A stretch of 64,000 nucleotides of DNA from contig CAMMFF010000001.1 in assembly GCA_946496065.1 (NCBI GenBank), positions 191,681-255,680 of the forward strand, in the 5' to 3' direction. Position 1 is the first letter of the stretch. Every line of letters begins with the position of its first letter. The translations under genes were made by a program, and so were the position numbers. A model generated the notes under the pieces. It saw only the letters and a program-made list of their open reading frames with translations, was not told where the DNA came from and searched no databases. This document shows, piece by piece, positions 40,001 to 44,755 of the stretch. The stretch is from an uncultured Clostridia bacterium (lineage in GTDB: Bacteria; Bacillota; Clostridia; Christensenellales; UBA1242).

Positions 40001-41202
40001 ACAAGACAATGACTTTGAAAATTTCTCAAAAGACAAATCTTGTCATGAATCTGCAAGGTCAAACTGTAAAACTGAATTTTGAAGATTATGACACCACATT
40101 TGGTCAGATGACTAATGCCACGGTTCAATCTTTGGACAACAGTTATAAGTCATACAGGTTGGGCGGATATAGCGGAGACGACTTCTTGAAAACTCTCACA
40201 GAAATTGATGTCAGAGTTGGAGACCAAGTGACCTTTGTGCTCAGTGTTGACTTTGGCTTTGGCATCAAATGGAACAGAACAGACATCACTTTTGTTGAAT
40301 TTACTGGGAATATGTATTATTTCACAATGACAATTTCATCAGAAAGCGCTGGACAGACTCTGGACATTATTCCAACATTTGAAGATGAGATTTTGGCAAT
40401 CTATGTTTCAGGCAGTTTTGTTGAAGAAGACATTTCTGACAATGCGATAGACTACAACAATGTTGGCATGGCCGGATATGTGACATATAATGGTCAAAGG
40501 ATTTCATTTGTAAGTTGCGAGGAAGGTCAAGAAATCAGAATTGTCACAGTGACAAATGATAGATATGAAATCGCAAGCATAACAATCAAAAACTATGACA
40601 ACACCTTTGACAATATGAACGATTTCTTCACAGAAGAAGGAGTGATTGTTCTTTCAACAGATTTCATGGAACACAACAACATTGTTGGAACTGTTCAGAT
40701 TTCAATTGAGTATAGACGTTTGCTTTGGAACGAAGAAATGATTTCCGTAGATGCTTTTGAAGGAAAAGGAACTTCAAGAAGTCCTTACCAGATTTCTACA
40801 GTTGAAGATTTGATTTTGATGATGCGTTATGTCAACAGCGGAACATTCAATTCTGAAGGAATCAAATACAAAGACTGCTTCTTCATTTTGACATCAGATT
40901 TGCAGTTAAATTCAAAATTCTGGACGCCAATTGGAACTTCTGCAAACTCATTTAACGGACATTTCAATTTCAATAATCATAAGATTACTGGAGTATACAC
41001 GGCATACTTCTACAACCCAGTTTCATACAACGGATTGTTTGGTGTGCTTGGAGCAAATGCAGAAATTGTTGAAAACTCAGATTCTTTGTGGTATGTCTAT
41101 TTGATTATTGGCTTGGTTGCTCTGCTCATATTGCTTCTTGTAATTTTGATTTTGGTTAACAGAAAACGCAAGAAACAAAGAGAAGAACTTTCAAAAAGGT
41201 AA
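22075..41202 (+). CDS. giant (~6,375 aa) membrane-anchored mosaic surface protein; putative adhesin
   Basis: Single uninterrupted 19.1-kb ORF. ATG 22075 lies 8 nt after AGGAGA; the track's TTG 22069 is only 2 nt from the SD. N-terminal signal/anchor KRKSIFFTLFVLIFGFCGTL. The body is built from GLUG-like, Listeria-Bacteroides-type, YDG/MBG-like and InlB-B-like modules. C-terminal TM plus KR tail, no LPXTG. Confidence 0.9.
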   Translation: MKRKSIFFTLFVLIFGFCGTLSYFNYDSGVTSAVSQDASVWDGDYVSSESNLTESDWFNENGNDYYIRSAAGLSYFAYSVNHGTSFRDKRIYLETDIDLNNQEWTPIGNGENNFQGLFQGQGYAIYNLKISKDNSGYVGFFGSLTDYSRVDNLHLKNVDVSVTVSSSASDYYIGTMVGNFNNTGNTDRTYTNSYITNCSVEGDITVISTVSGKNYYIGGLAGCIKNATVRTSSSEVDITTTSLRATNLRVGGLAGEVQFLTLADFHYDGSIDVTSTTTYGYLGGLIGLAIGKDASNLTTISNAYSFGDMVLNNTGSSFYVGGLIGRVENAYFTINNIYHFGDIESNISSSGTNYVGGLIGHLQSASSVYTKVFDGFYVGDISGRNVTINYLYSINSNLGTSQIPNVDGLYYDVDQKDASASDVSSQIVNLDDIAKTRDFYGNERYWTSETSWDFSSTTSGWGISSGINEGYPYLILTHNLGNANNDSDYSEESPLEGNGTATSPYLIKSAGDLGYVSFNFEAGAYYSLQNDIDLTGRTWQPIGTTDSAFSGVFDGNGYTIYGMTCSLQEQFSYHGLFGVTENAVIKNLNIRNVQYINQGSEGAGYVGTMVAYAKGDTYLINCTDNEYGQTGTMSDGSKVYAVGRVESAKSVYVFYGKSSINLMGNLIPNGEFYGNIDLSGTKSTSVNESAKIYYGYDIEIDGNGGTFYDSTKTAYAGKYHLLVLPQGEENRTNPNFTGEAESDVIDISEIDSTYGKALPQLSHLFGKTDTIIKRGHRAQNYVYKSNSENMFSDSLTEKFVESADTKNTTIKNNINSYNFKYYVKNEKGEFVKAITYDENETYYEFDTSAGAVLTINYSSSPLLGLEVAWQVYGYDPSNPSVVDKDNAFQVIVIYNGYEKTNFYAEEGHTSTTYHQNSEVKLDENGLVYKTFYMEYDSFLSDYPEIFEIPEYIDSTGKTKLLRNGDFEIAGVYEYYNDTNSLFKNEILNSAPSESEDDDNLYASTTLVNSVLSNADYEDSQGIYYANLYTEWKGVEKDAEDMYKLTIDFSTVGTFAGKFEIADAIESVVLSYHGNTPNPSEVKGVVENNSVTFYFDTMYSDRIDNWLQIDVKLKVGYTSENFVLNSDEYNESIDLNFGELSAEPVNNVEGYTYSYNESVYTYGRRIQFRNLCQDYTLNLTIRRAQVSNDISIGEGVYFGLSPMVAGWTNVSMFDFQSNSFVNLQSMIDEQLKDENLDTVRDSYLSSTNTSTENQYVGYDFVDKRVMTSNEIYDSFEISANFFDKDGEFESEGNLLEFGRVLFRYDFQNGESRYFIYEGREETSDEEGQRVTRLVIYLYEINYSAGFNKDTLTAEVVTDELVSLVYKNAYEYILNYYTNSTFAFVFTTDTNSTEFDDVTNVTNDGSLTERGSSELREIKHNENVEWSESEKHLTKISMTFEDMIYLVNSSNQEITLIKVATVYTKALFSFKVKYLDADGNLVDFTSKEGEPQIANKPTLSRTSGVYSVTSSGEEIELTITSTRYYRFFANRGSQNETNNEDKGNVVLYNQEDHRDGQISVVDTTSTFNIQINVSNANIYSAQGLDEDDAKRMNEAYEDSFNSYNGLYLNNSLTSSTDLISIEKGYWTTDANEQFIYQDDVYKIKFKYQTSDNDYGLQPGYYETIIVCTDVLYNMDYATKYVDADISVDELKAGNIELVDEVNSEISTSISVNGETYVAKNPTIKYQDSVTIETYMTNKLSYEFWGWFIKGSNYSKYIEKDASLPTSPIQGNLASWNFDYYSQFFVTRGMNNINKNGSGEADYSENNPYNITIYAVYMKKQTTITLSSQAIVYEENGTTTEGRYSAGSLGLNFSIQLDEKFKDENGSSMTSSILYQYLSADQSTGENITGLTNFKFVMSGDNANGYYLSGYRLYKQNGEVATDIAGENIESVGNKGVDVSIPSDYGIDLYAKIKELVEAGQTSLKYEFTIIPIIRQKTATVTFHSGTGEGNPGDGKKGEVFNVDGENSTNTYFTTTEIYFGRILYLDVELTGYLNGSDTAEEIVVDDLFNSRTGYSRLSNNYWTSSTGNTLNGSLLELSTTYFNAVDTFADIHFYRIWKANTYTITFMPNGGTFLGIDSITITTTYDSKVIVYNSSSMNSSQLGNITNITNVSRIGYQDVGWSLTDDNDTAGQLVFDEDLGLVLGQEYSLFDADGNYINAGNATVYAVWVESPYTIKVMLNGANSYTMQSQKTDIQADEQKEFGIEFNIRYGDTFENLFVGDGEENKIKIGEIVPVREGYSFAGIYAVSGSRRELITDATVFTTSILSCSQTMTEDIVLTLYASWVFDTSYLSLTLTSNILPELTYNAGQQTVYLADYFKLGHEETGYVVNLDENGRDMSIGLSPNMNSSILLTLTSSTATVDNSRDMSFKVRNVGSYSVNLNITVSDASTYLNLGNVFEINYQFTISVREADISTTITDDVYLENIKRIMEPFSTEEFNAKLDSCSSLDALTTLMQSEDATIVGEAGEELNMQVYKYIMVKYYMLLDSNDGTNHRTYKEWTYADYLAFMAEENNASNAENIVSNLYYFDFYDYTITDNNMEIAGYDNLGIVSDAVQNVGLEIGIDKVVISSGSVSTMNPKNVYEMRVYLRNVVSSVDSLANYIVQYDSNGDAYITAGTAYLLPQVFEIQNLEETKSAYFDSSIENKEVEWAGNRESVEYDGKTYYLIENNLYISAGLYTSSNGDLLTDTVYSYTDNTNYLYFDDVSILLQSTVDGSISYTNVSSYFKLTLGEDDVFTILNTNGVANVTVTAKYLTNDDGMISFETVEDIMASELLRITRVYYNISGTEESVYDADGLDVGSYSSGGVLVYEITENNSNNVSIFLSPTVTKVVFTSVSLDITDYVSLYKWADSPVYNVDGTMDNQGSMTLDMSTIETSEDGLNEIYYYAIYTDLVLVKYNLNFPSSYNPSSSGTATMKLGVSTASDLAIPSENGFIISSLKAKTPTGETLDYTEIFTGADNGSGKTYVGITPETKHAIVTLEAKWEVEEIEYTQILEEYKTAVNSFTSLTVDEIVAIYNSNTNLYEYSYVWYFNDNQVATGQIMRLAGQGSYEESGNYKLVITATLNPEFSVSLDDTTKTSTQIELNFTLEFMKNLVDKVTFPDAETVVKTYDGREHLTDWSVNIDYYAYSYVRDDYEETVTTQQLYYVTTGSIYFKIFFNGGEIYSMKNAGEYRITVCFDEGMFDLSGIDTSNLTFIYTINPYSVDLSAYDFTGEKQFNAVEPSMTREVYLANENVSLQLRRAAGEDVGQYDLYFEDVLQSYKKNYNFTYGDVILFEDGELTAEASTTSIGKFNITTSGTLRLSYTVTALNPVAIEADYSGLGYSLKLTDDFRLQIFNGSVMFKEFSLNLFDVATGANISSDEILNILRSKISDLQPRFFNTQNYETAYDSMTYTYNFVMGDEISKYYTNIEFDSGYTFTINKITIDVSKFVFEKTYDGETTVYIDTNGSEIDLDTYSGVYITAVYATAHAGSNIRVDLTLQRKDSSDNLSNYSLTASYVVGKINKLDATMSFSMSKDVFTYGEVSLSNISSFINGYVIMNSENELVTDLLVSGYYTISYNLPATVTTNERGFIYKGNYTINVNADFQDFNMTLNRPSFEVQALQYTRQISENYIQISVLDEVQEYYEDVLTIQSTGDVLTLKLVAEGLTPGETASTGNYDLILAETSFLNGSIIVSVNDDNNGFQVLFATETVYVKIDDASILTNTYNGQTFVVAGDVSKTMSVTNGATNKTSTLSFFLKVEGPDGEIVEQALGDGEISFANLAINFENGSGEISEAGNYKLNILATCNEYTNVVFAEDYYLAVEKVEIDVFQFTFEKTYDGSASYIISEFNEKVVDDVISILVQFDSANAGSGKTASLYLSGADMNNYVLSAVSGTGTINKATATVELTKTDLVYGEVSLTQPLTYSVKVGGANLLPSQYNLTLDIQQAQYSSAGYLNVGTYNVVISSENSTNYDLALNPVQINVKAYDLTIELSVSGEISVEFNSTEAQSTQFSYLYMTSLYESVEITMTRASGTAIGYYKVLSGTSLDSNYNVVSVLDTSDLGAFRITQAKERLYLLLSDEQTVSASSGGDTATIEYDGNLYDSVSVEERSEGSGVYRLVFTNSTDSGKRQQFDLNFYTYDMATSTYNKTDVTVSGLTTNIQFLYPTTVKNVGTYQIYASGTISDSYEVKMGKDGAIYCFYLKIEKKELYFLNSELSKIFDNKDAIFEYADASEILSGIVDGEVIGLNMQFTQDGDVVKYAGVNYNVVAEIFGDTVSNYNLNLSDEDGTALNATIYRADMTFVVNSQSYTYGDDFELQYKYQTDVDLTDYDMGRLSIQLVAPDTASYYSTSGALKVGEYDMILIFSAQDFSISGYIVDNQEQEELTAKLTIVAKELQLVAKDMSLQEVFTKTYDATNDVKITDDEGNLLFDVSGINQGEDGTIDSVRVNSAYYANEYVGQAIQISFELAGEDSGNYIISPWMYGVIKAIIIGLEFDYHADGSDVTSNVDDNQLPTLSQLSFPFMSTSYLTANSASTSTNSVKNFPTSLTGKTGYAFLNWTMDFENIGNASVELTYLEGLVQRFGLQSSYDGSIYSVVVDNGENTVRFLNELLLDENDLMGYYYKNHSDLKFTFNANWDTNKYRITIMLADESGNSASYGQVEIDDGDPDTENTIVTTNYLGDFDYDSSLTLKATANEHCNFYGFYTSDGRRYTGTEPFISITRDGDAEVFTITNIRQVYNLVVRFTTQKVNVVFDLSEYNDAVVDSDDFVDIGGSRYQWSTDYLTLQDKFLSDLPEVLRAGFEVVSLSTTTTTIQKDNFATTKIVSLLPDSDDETVILTLTPNFEPVGVVVTLDYGYDNIEKEISVPYGQAYQDADDWEENPTRTGYTFDGWYNSAGQRVYGGDILATTEAHTLTAHWTINKYSLELNSPFATVSDANVNFVPSGSNYVATDIEYNFKVTFKVIPKSGYEISAAWSEGFEVVINSDKTANVTFTMPADNVTYQLPVVAIKNTITIQGEHLGEVLAYDITEEGETPLDVTDNQVEIETGKKLKLVVSAEVGYVVLDNINLEGGEGVVVDKVVENGVMTATFEGINSDLVVTFTTQESKNQITISFDDSTVVESIEVDGRTYNSVDELPTFEASTNSIFSFYVKFKHGYALGSYECEEFVVNHELIEDGAYVDYYLFELSGISTDGSILINSALAKFTLEMEVISYDENKEQVDIPGNIALANGLTSVEAEYNSTVIITYQVADLYSFAGWSKDGQNIFSSEGRLTYTITQDETIYAIFSTLRFDIDFGTYNYYTIYDEYNDAQKTETVYTEISGGRYFDADTGNEISGIELYYGSNKTITYRVPTGYMYYGYGYRNGEDFVYLEIEEKIDSEVEINISSLLLNENNTELKIYIVVKAYSLNVEFETKIDIDGTREQDIDVGYISLQDSDGNDVNRYGYVDGTRVHYSENDFSNGQVLSNKHFEVVAYTGDVIYLKAKILKEGYKFSSIVANRQDILISKLSENDEYIFFEISNLVGGVDDIYIEVLFKPVINVINMSFTNNNLKVDGGAFTFNISDDNKNKIWTSGREYSSVVVSAYTDSYFEVTAFIRAGYYVNSYDLQIEDSANIIVSDSISYEALKVTDSGYTGKITFKVANYLGVSSIVIGVKPLTYTVALMEDTNLLATIDNVSFNSALNLTEYNASNITIVDERVYFLNGKLKVDLQKAQHNFEGYFTYQNGAGVQYINSEGNAVNTWQESGYVLNTLTSKYELSENASVDPETGKITIKLYLYWSYLKTRISFEFVPGINTNYTAQDMVSGVDFSNSWFYETAPLYIEVSFNTDIHITAPEIEGYKFYKFVISQKNASGTWLTDVTSFSSDIPWSTNEYDRIVECNIQVIYFAKVDVTTFGGEGTYNIYQESSDTQAKVLLQEGYVDTSKEFSIEAVPGEGYEFLRWTNSTTGQSTFDKTMTLKISQKTNLVMNLQGQTVKLNFEDYDTTFGQMTNATVQSLDNSYKSYRLGGYSGDDFLKTLTEIDVRVGDQVTFVLSVDFGFGIKWNRTDITFVEFTGNMYYFTMTISSESAGQTLDIIPTFEDEILAIYVSGSFVEEDISDNAIDYNNVGMAGYVTYNGQRISFVSCEEGQEIRIVTVTNDRYEIASITIKNYDNTFDNMNDFFTEEGVIVLSTDFMEHNNIVGTVQISIEYRRLLWNEEMISVDAFEGKGTSRSPYQISTVEDLILMMRYVNSGTFNSEGIKYKDCFFILTSDLQLNSKFWTPIGTSANSFNGHFNFNNHKITGVYTAYFYNPVSYNGLFGVLGANAEIVENSDSLWYVYLIIGLVALLILLLVILILVNRKRKKQREELSKR
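22192..23230 (+). other. N-terminal head 1 plus GLUG-like beta-helix rungs
   Basis: DIDLNNQEWTPIGNGENNFQGLFQGQGYAIYNLKI...GFFG, followed by YIGGLAGCIKNATV, RVGGLAGEVQF, YLGGLIGLAIG, YVGGLIGRVENAYF and YVGGLIGHLQS. Confidence 0.6.
23563..23860 (+). other. head module copy 2
   Basis: GNGTATSPYLIKSAGDL...DIDLTGRTWQPIGTTDSAFSGVFDGNGYTIYGM...GLFGVTENAVIKNLNI. Confidence 0.6.
27990..29050 (+). repeat. Listeria-Bacteroides (Flg_new)-type repeats
   Basis: Copies end in the G(Y/F).F.GW / ...Y(A)(V/S)W signature: RIGYQDVGWSL...ATVYAVWV and REGYSFAGIYA...LTLYASWV. Further copies at ~30870-31150 and 36690-36900 (RTGYTFDGWYNSAGQRV...HTLTAHWT). Confidence 0.55.
31480..35630 (+). repeat. block of YDG/MBG-like modules
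   Basis: Repeated (V/F)(E/T)KTYDG...N(Y)xL...G.I.K and TYG(E/D) signatures, e.g. VKTYDGREHL, FEKTYDGETTVY...LSNYSLTASYVVGKINK, FEKTYDGSASY...MNNYVLSAVSGTGTINK and FTKTYDATNDV. This is the pattern annotated as YDG/MBG domains in other giant bacterial adhesins. Confidence 0.5.
36050..40400 (+). repeat. array of ~90-aa divergent InlB-B-repeat-like beta-sandwich modules
   Basis: Periodic '..A.P..GY.F..W..' cores: ANEHCNFYGFY, PKSGYEISAAW, AEVGYVVLDNI, FKHGYALGSY, LYSFAGWSKDG, LKEGYKFSSIV, IRAGYYVNSY, IEGYKFYKFV and PGEGYEFLRWT. Confidence 0.5.
40750..41088 (+). other. head module copy 3, next to the membrane anchor
   Basis: GKGTSRSPYQISTVEDL...SDLQLNSKFWTPIGTSANSFNGHFNFNNHKITGVY...GLFGVLGANAEIVEN. 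Confidence 0.6.
41089..41199 (+). other. C-terminal TM helix plus Lys/Arg-rich cytoplasmic tail
   Basis: WYVYLIIGLVALLILLLVILILV followed by NRKRKKQREELSKR. No LPXTG-type sorting motif precedes it. Confidence 0.75.
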
Positions 41203-41231
41203 TCCAAATATTTTCAACAATAAATCAATAT

Positions 41232-41280
41232 AATAAAGCAAGGAGGCGGTTATGCAATATTTCCTTGCTTTATTTTTTCT
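41232..41280 (+). terminator. terminator-like hairpin (13-bp stem, 17-nt loop, T-tract) enclosing the uppP SD and start codon
   Basis: AATAAAGCAAGGA (41232-41244) is the exact reverse complement of TCCTTGCTTTATT (41262-41274). The loop holds ATG 41252. TTTT follows. Confidence 0.55.
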
Positions 41281-42013
41281 TGGTTTGATTCAAGGATTGA
41301 CCGAATTTTTGCCTGTTTCATCTTCTGGACATCTTGTGCTTTTCAGTCAAATTTTTGGAATTGAAGAGAGTTTGTTCATCAGTATTTTGCTCCATGTTGC
41401 AACACTGCTTTCCATTGTTGTTGTGTTCTACAAAGATATTTGGCAGATGATAAGACATCCGCTTTCAAAACAAACGATGATGCTTGTTGTCGCAACCATT
41501 CCAACTTGTTTGATTGTGCTTGTGATTATGCCTCTTATCAAGCAATCTTTTGCTGGAGGACTTTTGCCAATATGCTTTTTGAATTCTGCAATTTTGCTGC
41601 TTGTTTCTGAGATGCTCTCGAAGAGAAAAACTTGCATGGAAATGAATTACAAAACTGCTTTTTTCATGGGAGTTGCACAAGGTTTTGCAGTTTTTCCAGG
41701 AATTTCTCGTTCTGGCACAACGATAAGTGCTGGACTTATGAGCGGTGGACAGAAAGAAGAGGTTGCCAAGTTTTCTTTTTTGATGAGCGTGCCAATTGTT
41801 TTTCTTTCTTTGATTATGGAGATTTATGAAATTGTCGTTGGGAAAGTGGCATTGGAGATTCAAGTTTTGCCAACGATTGTGTCTTTTATCACTGCTTTCG
41901 TGGTTGGAATTGTTTCAATCAAATTGATGATTAAGCTCACTGTGAAATCAAGTCTCAAATGGTTCTCTGTCTATCTGGTCATCATCGCTGTGGTTTCTGC
42001 TTTTATTTTGTGA
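41252..42013 (+). CDS. uppP: undecaprenyl-diphosphate phosphatase
   Basis: GLTEFLPVSSSGHL and PGISRSGTTISAG signatures. 253 aa, polytopic. Confidence 0.95.
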   Translation: MQYFLALFFLGLIQGLTEFLPVSSSGHLVLFSQIFGIEESLFISILLHVATLLSIVVVFYKDIWQMIRHPLSKQTMMLVVATIPTCLIVLVIMPLIKQSFAGGLLPICFLNSAILLLVSEMLSKRKTCMEMNYKTAFFMGVAQGFAVFPGISRSGTTISAGLMSGGQKEEVAKFSFLMSVPIVFLSLIMEIYEIVVGKVALEIQVLPTIVSFITAFVVGIVSIKLMIKLTVKSSLKWFSVYLVIIAVVSAFIL

Positions 42014-42085
42014 GTTTAACAAAGAAAATTGTCGAAAAGTAATAGTTGGAATTCTTGAAATCGTAAGATATCGCAGGAGTTGTTT

Positions 42086-44707
42086 GTGGAAGATAAAAAC
42101 TATTACAAAAAAAATATAAACCAGTGCTTGTCAGAATTTGACACAAATGTCAGTGGACTAAAGGAAGAACAAGCAAAAGAAAGACTTTTGCAAAGCCAGA
42201 AATATCTCATAAAAAGCGAAAAGAAACAGTCTTTTTTCTCAAAGTTTTTTGCACAAATCAAAGAACTTATGGTTTTGGTGCTTTTGATTTCCGGAATAAT
42301 TTCCATTGTTATTGGTGCAACAGAAAATTCAACAAGTGAAATCATTGATGGTGCCATCATTCTTGGAATTGTTGTTGTCAATGCTCTTTTTGGAGTCTAT
42401 CAAGAACGAAAAAGTGAAAAAGCCATTGAAAGTCTCAAAGATTTAACTCAGCCAGAAACAAATGTTTTGAGAAATGGAAAAGTTGTCAAAATCAAGACAA
42501 CGGAACTTGTTTTTGGTGACATCGTTTGCTTGGAAGCGGGAAGCATCGTGCCAGCGGACTTACGACTTATTGAAACTTCCAACATCAAAGTCAATGAATC
42601 ATCTTTGACAGGAGAAAGTGAGGCGGTTGAAAAATTTGCTGATGTTGTTTACAGCAAAGATATGTCATTGGCCGAAAGGAAAAATATGGTGTTTGCTGGA
42701 AGTGTGGTTGAAAATGGACATGCCAAGGGGATTGTTGTCACTCTTGGGACAGAAAGTGAACTTGGAAAGATAGCTGAAAGTTTGAAAGAAACCAAAAAGG
42801 AACTAACTCCACTGCAAAAGAGCATACAGGGAGTTGGAAAAGTTTTGACATATCTCATTCTTCTTGTTGCGACTGTCACTTTCATCTTGGAAGCCATTGC
42901 AAACCCGTCTGAAATTTTGCAGGCATTTTTGACTGCAGTTGCAATTTCGGTTGCGGCAATTCCGGAAAGTATGCCGGCTGTCATCACAATCATAATGAGT
43001 CTTGGCATTGCCAGACTTTCCAAGCAAAAGGCAATCGTCAAAAGAATGCATGCTGTGGAAACTTTGGGTGCGTGTGATGTCATTTGCTCGGACAAAACTG
43101 GGACAATCACTCAAAATAAAATGAATGTTGAAGATTTTTTTGTTTTTTTTGATAAAAAAAGTGAAAATTTTGACATTTTTTTAAATTCAATGGTTCTATG
43201 CAATGATGCGTCAATTGGAGAAGAAGGATATGTTGGTGGTTCTACGGAAGTTGCGCTTTTGAATTTTGCAAAAAAACATGGAGTGGAGAAGGAGACAGCT
43301 GACAAAAAATATCCAAGGATAAACGAAATTTCTTTCAATTCAGACCGCAAGAAAATGACGACTCTCAATTCTGTCAATGGTGAAAAGGTTTGTTTCATGA
43401 AAGGTGCATTGGACAGAGTTTTGGAGTGTTGTGATTGTTATCTGAAAGACGAAAAAGTTTTGCCACTAGATGAAAGTGTCAAGAGAAAGATTTTGCATCA
43501 AAACAAGAATATGTGTGACAATGCTTTGCGAGTTATCAGTTTTGCATTCAAACAAAATTCTGACAATAACATTGTGGAAGAGCATTTTGTTTTTCTTGGA
43601 ATTTGTGGACTTCAAGATCCGCCAAGACCTGAAATTGAAGATGCTGTCAAAAAGTGCAGAAAAGCAGGTATGCGTCCTGTTATGATAACTGGAGACTATA
43701 AAGATACGGCTTTTGCGATAGCGAAAAAGGTTGGAATTGCCAAAAATGTTGATGATGTCATGTCAGGAGAAGAAATTGAACTCTTGAGTGATGAAGAACT
43801 TTCCAAAGTGGTTGAGAAAAAATGTGTGTTTGCCCGTGTCAGCCCAACTCACAAGGTCAGAATTGTGCAGGCACTTAAGCAGAATGGACATATTGTTGCA
43901 ATGACCGGTGACGGAGTCAACGATGCACCAAGTTTGAAGAAAGCGGATATCGGCATTGGAATGGGAAAAACAGGGACTGATGTTACAAAAGACGTTGCTG
44001 ACATCATCATCACAGATGACAATTTTGCTACAATCATAGTTGCAGTTGAAGAGGGAAGGAAAATTTATAGCAACATTCAAAAAACGGTCAAATATCTTTT
44101 CTCTGCAAACATGGCGGAAATTTTGGCACTTTTCTTTATAACGATCTTGCTTCCAGGAATGACCTTTCTTTTGCCCGTTCAAATTTTGTTTGTCAACATC
44201 ATCACAGACTCTTTGCCAGCAATTGCTCTTGGTGTCGAGCCTGTTGAAAAAGAAATTATGTCAGAGAAACCGAGAAAGAAAAATGACAATTTGTTTTCAG
44301 GTGGAACGGGAGTGAGCATTATGGTTTTGGGGGCAATTCAAACAATTTTGACAATGGCTGCATATTTGTTTGGACTTCTCATGCACAATGAAGCCATTGC
44401 CATTACAATGGCGTTTTACACACTCAATCTTATTCAGTTGTTTTTTATGTTTACTGCCAGAACAAAAGAAAGTTGTTTCAAAAGCAATCCTTTCAAAAAC
44501 AAATTTTTCACCTTTTCTCTTTTGCTTGGGTTCGGCCTCTTGATTTTGATGGCCTGCACGGGATTTGGACAAATTTTGCAACTTGAAAAGTTGAGCACAT
44601 CTTGCTGGTTTGTTGTCATTTTGTGCTCAGTGTCAATCATTTTTATTGGGGAACTTTATAAATGGCTTGAAAACAAAATCAGAAAGAAAAATTGCATTAG
44701 AAAATAA
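42086..44707 (+). CDS. P2-type cation (Ca2+-like) transporting ATPase
   Basis: DKTGTITQNKM phosphorylation site, MITGDYKDTA, and TGDGVNDAPSLKKADIGIGMG hinge. About 10 TM helices. GTG 42086 lies 6 nt after AGGAG; the track's TTG 42080 abuts the SD. Confidence 0.9.
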   Translation: MEDKNYYKKNINQCLSEFDTNVSGLKEEQAKERLLQSQKYLIKSEKKQSFFSKFFAQIKELMVLVLLISGIISIVIGATENSTSEIIDGAIILGIVVVNALFGVYQERKSEKAIESLKDLTQPETNVLRNGKVVKIKTTELVFGDIVCLEAGSIVPADLRLIETSNIKVNESSLTGESEAVEKFADVVYSKDMSLAERKNMVFAGSVVENGHAKGIVVTLGTESELGKIAESLKETKKELTPLQKSIQGVGKVLTYLILLVATVTFILEAIANPSEILQAFLTAVAISVAAIPESMPAVITIIMSLGIARLSKQKAIVKRMHAVETLGACDVICSDKTGTITQNKMNVEDFFVFFDKKSENFDIFLNSMVLCNDASIGEEGYVGGSTEVALLNFAKKHGVEKETADKKYPRINEISFNSDRKKMTTLNSVNGEKVCFMKGALDRVLECCDCYLKDEKVLPLDESVKRKILHQNKNMCDNALRVISFAFKQNSDNNIVEEHFVFLGICGLQDPPRPEIEDAVKKCRKAGMRPVMITGDYKDTAFAIAKKVGIAKNVDDVMSGEEIELLSDEELSKVVEKKCVFARVSPTHKVRIVQALKQNGHIVAMTGDGVNDAPSLKKADIGIGMGKTGTDVTKDVADIIITDDNFATIIVAVEEGRKIYSNIQKTVKYLFSANMAEILALFFITILLPGMTFLLPVQILFVNIITDSLPAIALGVEPVEKEIMSEKPRKKNDNLFSGGTGVSIMVLGAIQTILTMAAYLFGLLMHNEAIAITMAFYTLNLIQLFFMFTARTKESCFKSNPFKNKFFTFSLLLGFGLLILMACTGFGQILQLEKLSTSCWFVVILCSVSIIFIGELYKWLENKIRKKNCIRK

Positions 44708-44727
44708 TGCAATTTTATTTTTGCATT
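44706..44727 (+). terminator. weak hairpin after the ATPase gene (AATGCAA-N8-TTGCATT)
   Basis: 7-bp stem. Its 3' arm is also the -35 of the holB promoter. Confidence 0.35.
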
Positions 44728-44749
44728 TTATGAGTGATTATGTTAAAAT
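44721..44749 (+). promoter_or_regulatory. holB promoter TTGCAT-N17-TAAAAT (TGt-extended), 6 nt before the ATG (leaderless layout)
   Basis: -35 at 44721-44726, TGt at 44741-44743, -10 at 44744-44749, ATG at 44756. No SD. Confidence 0.55.
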
Positions 44750-44755
44750 CATATT

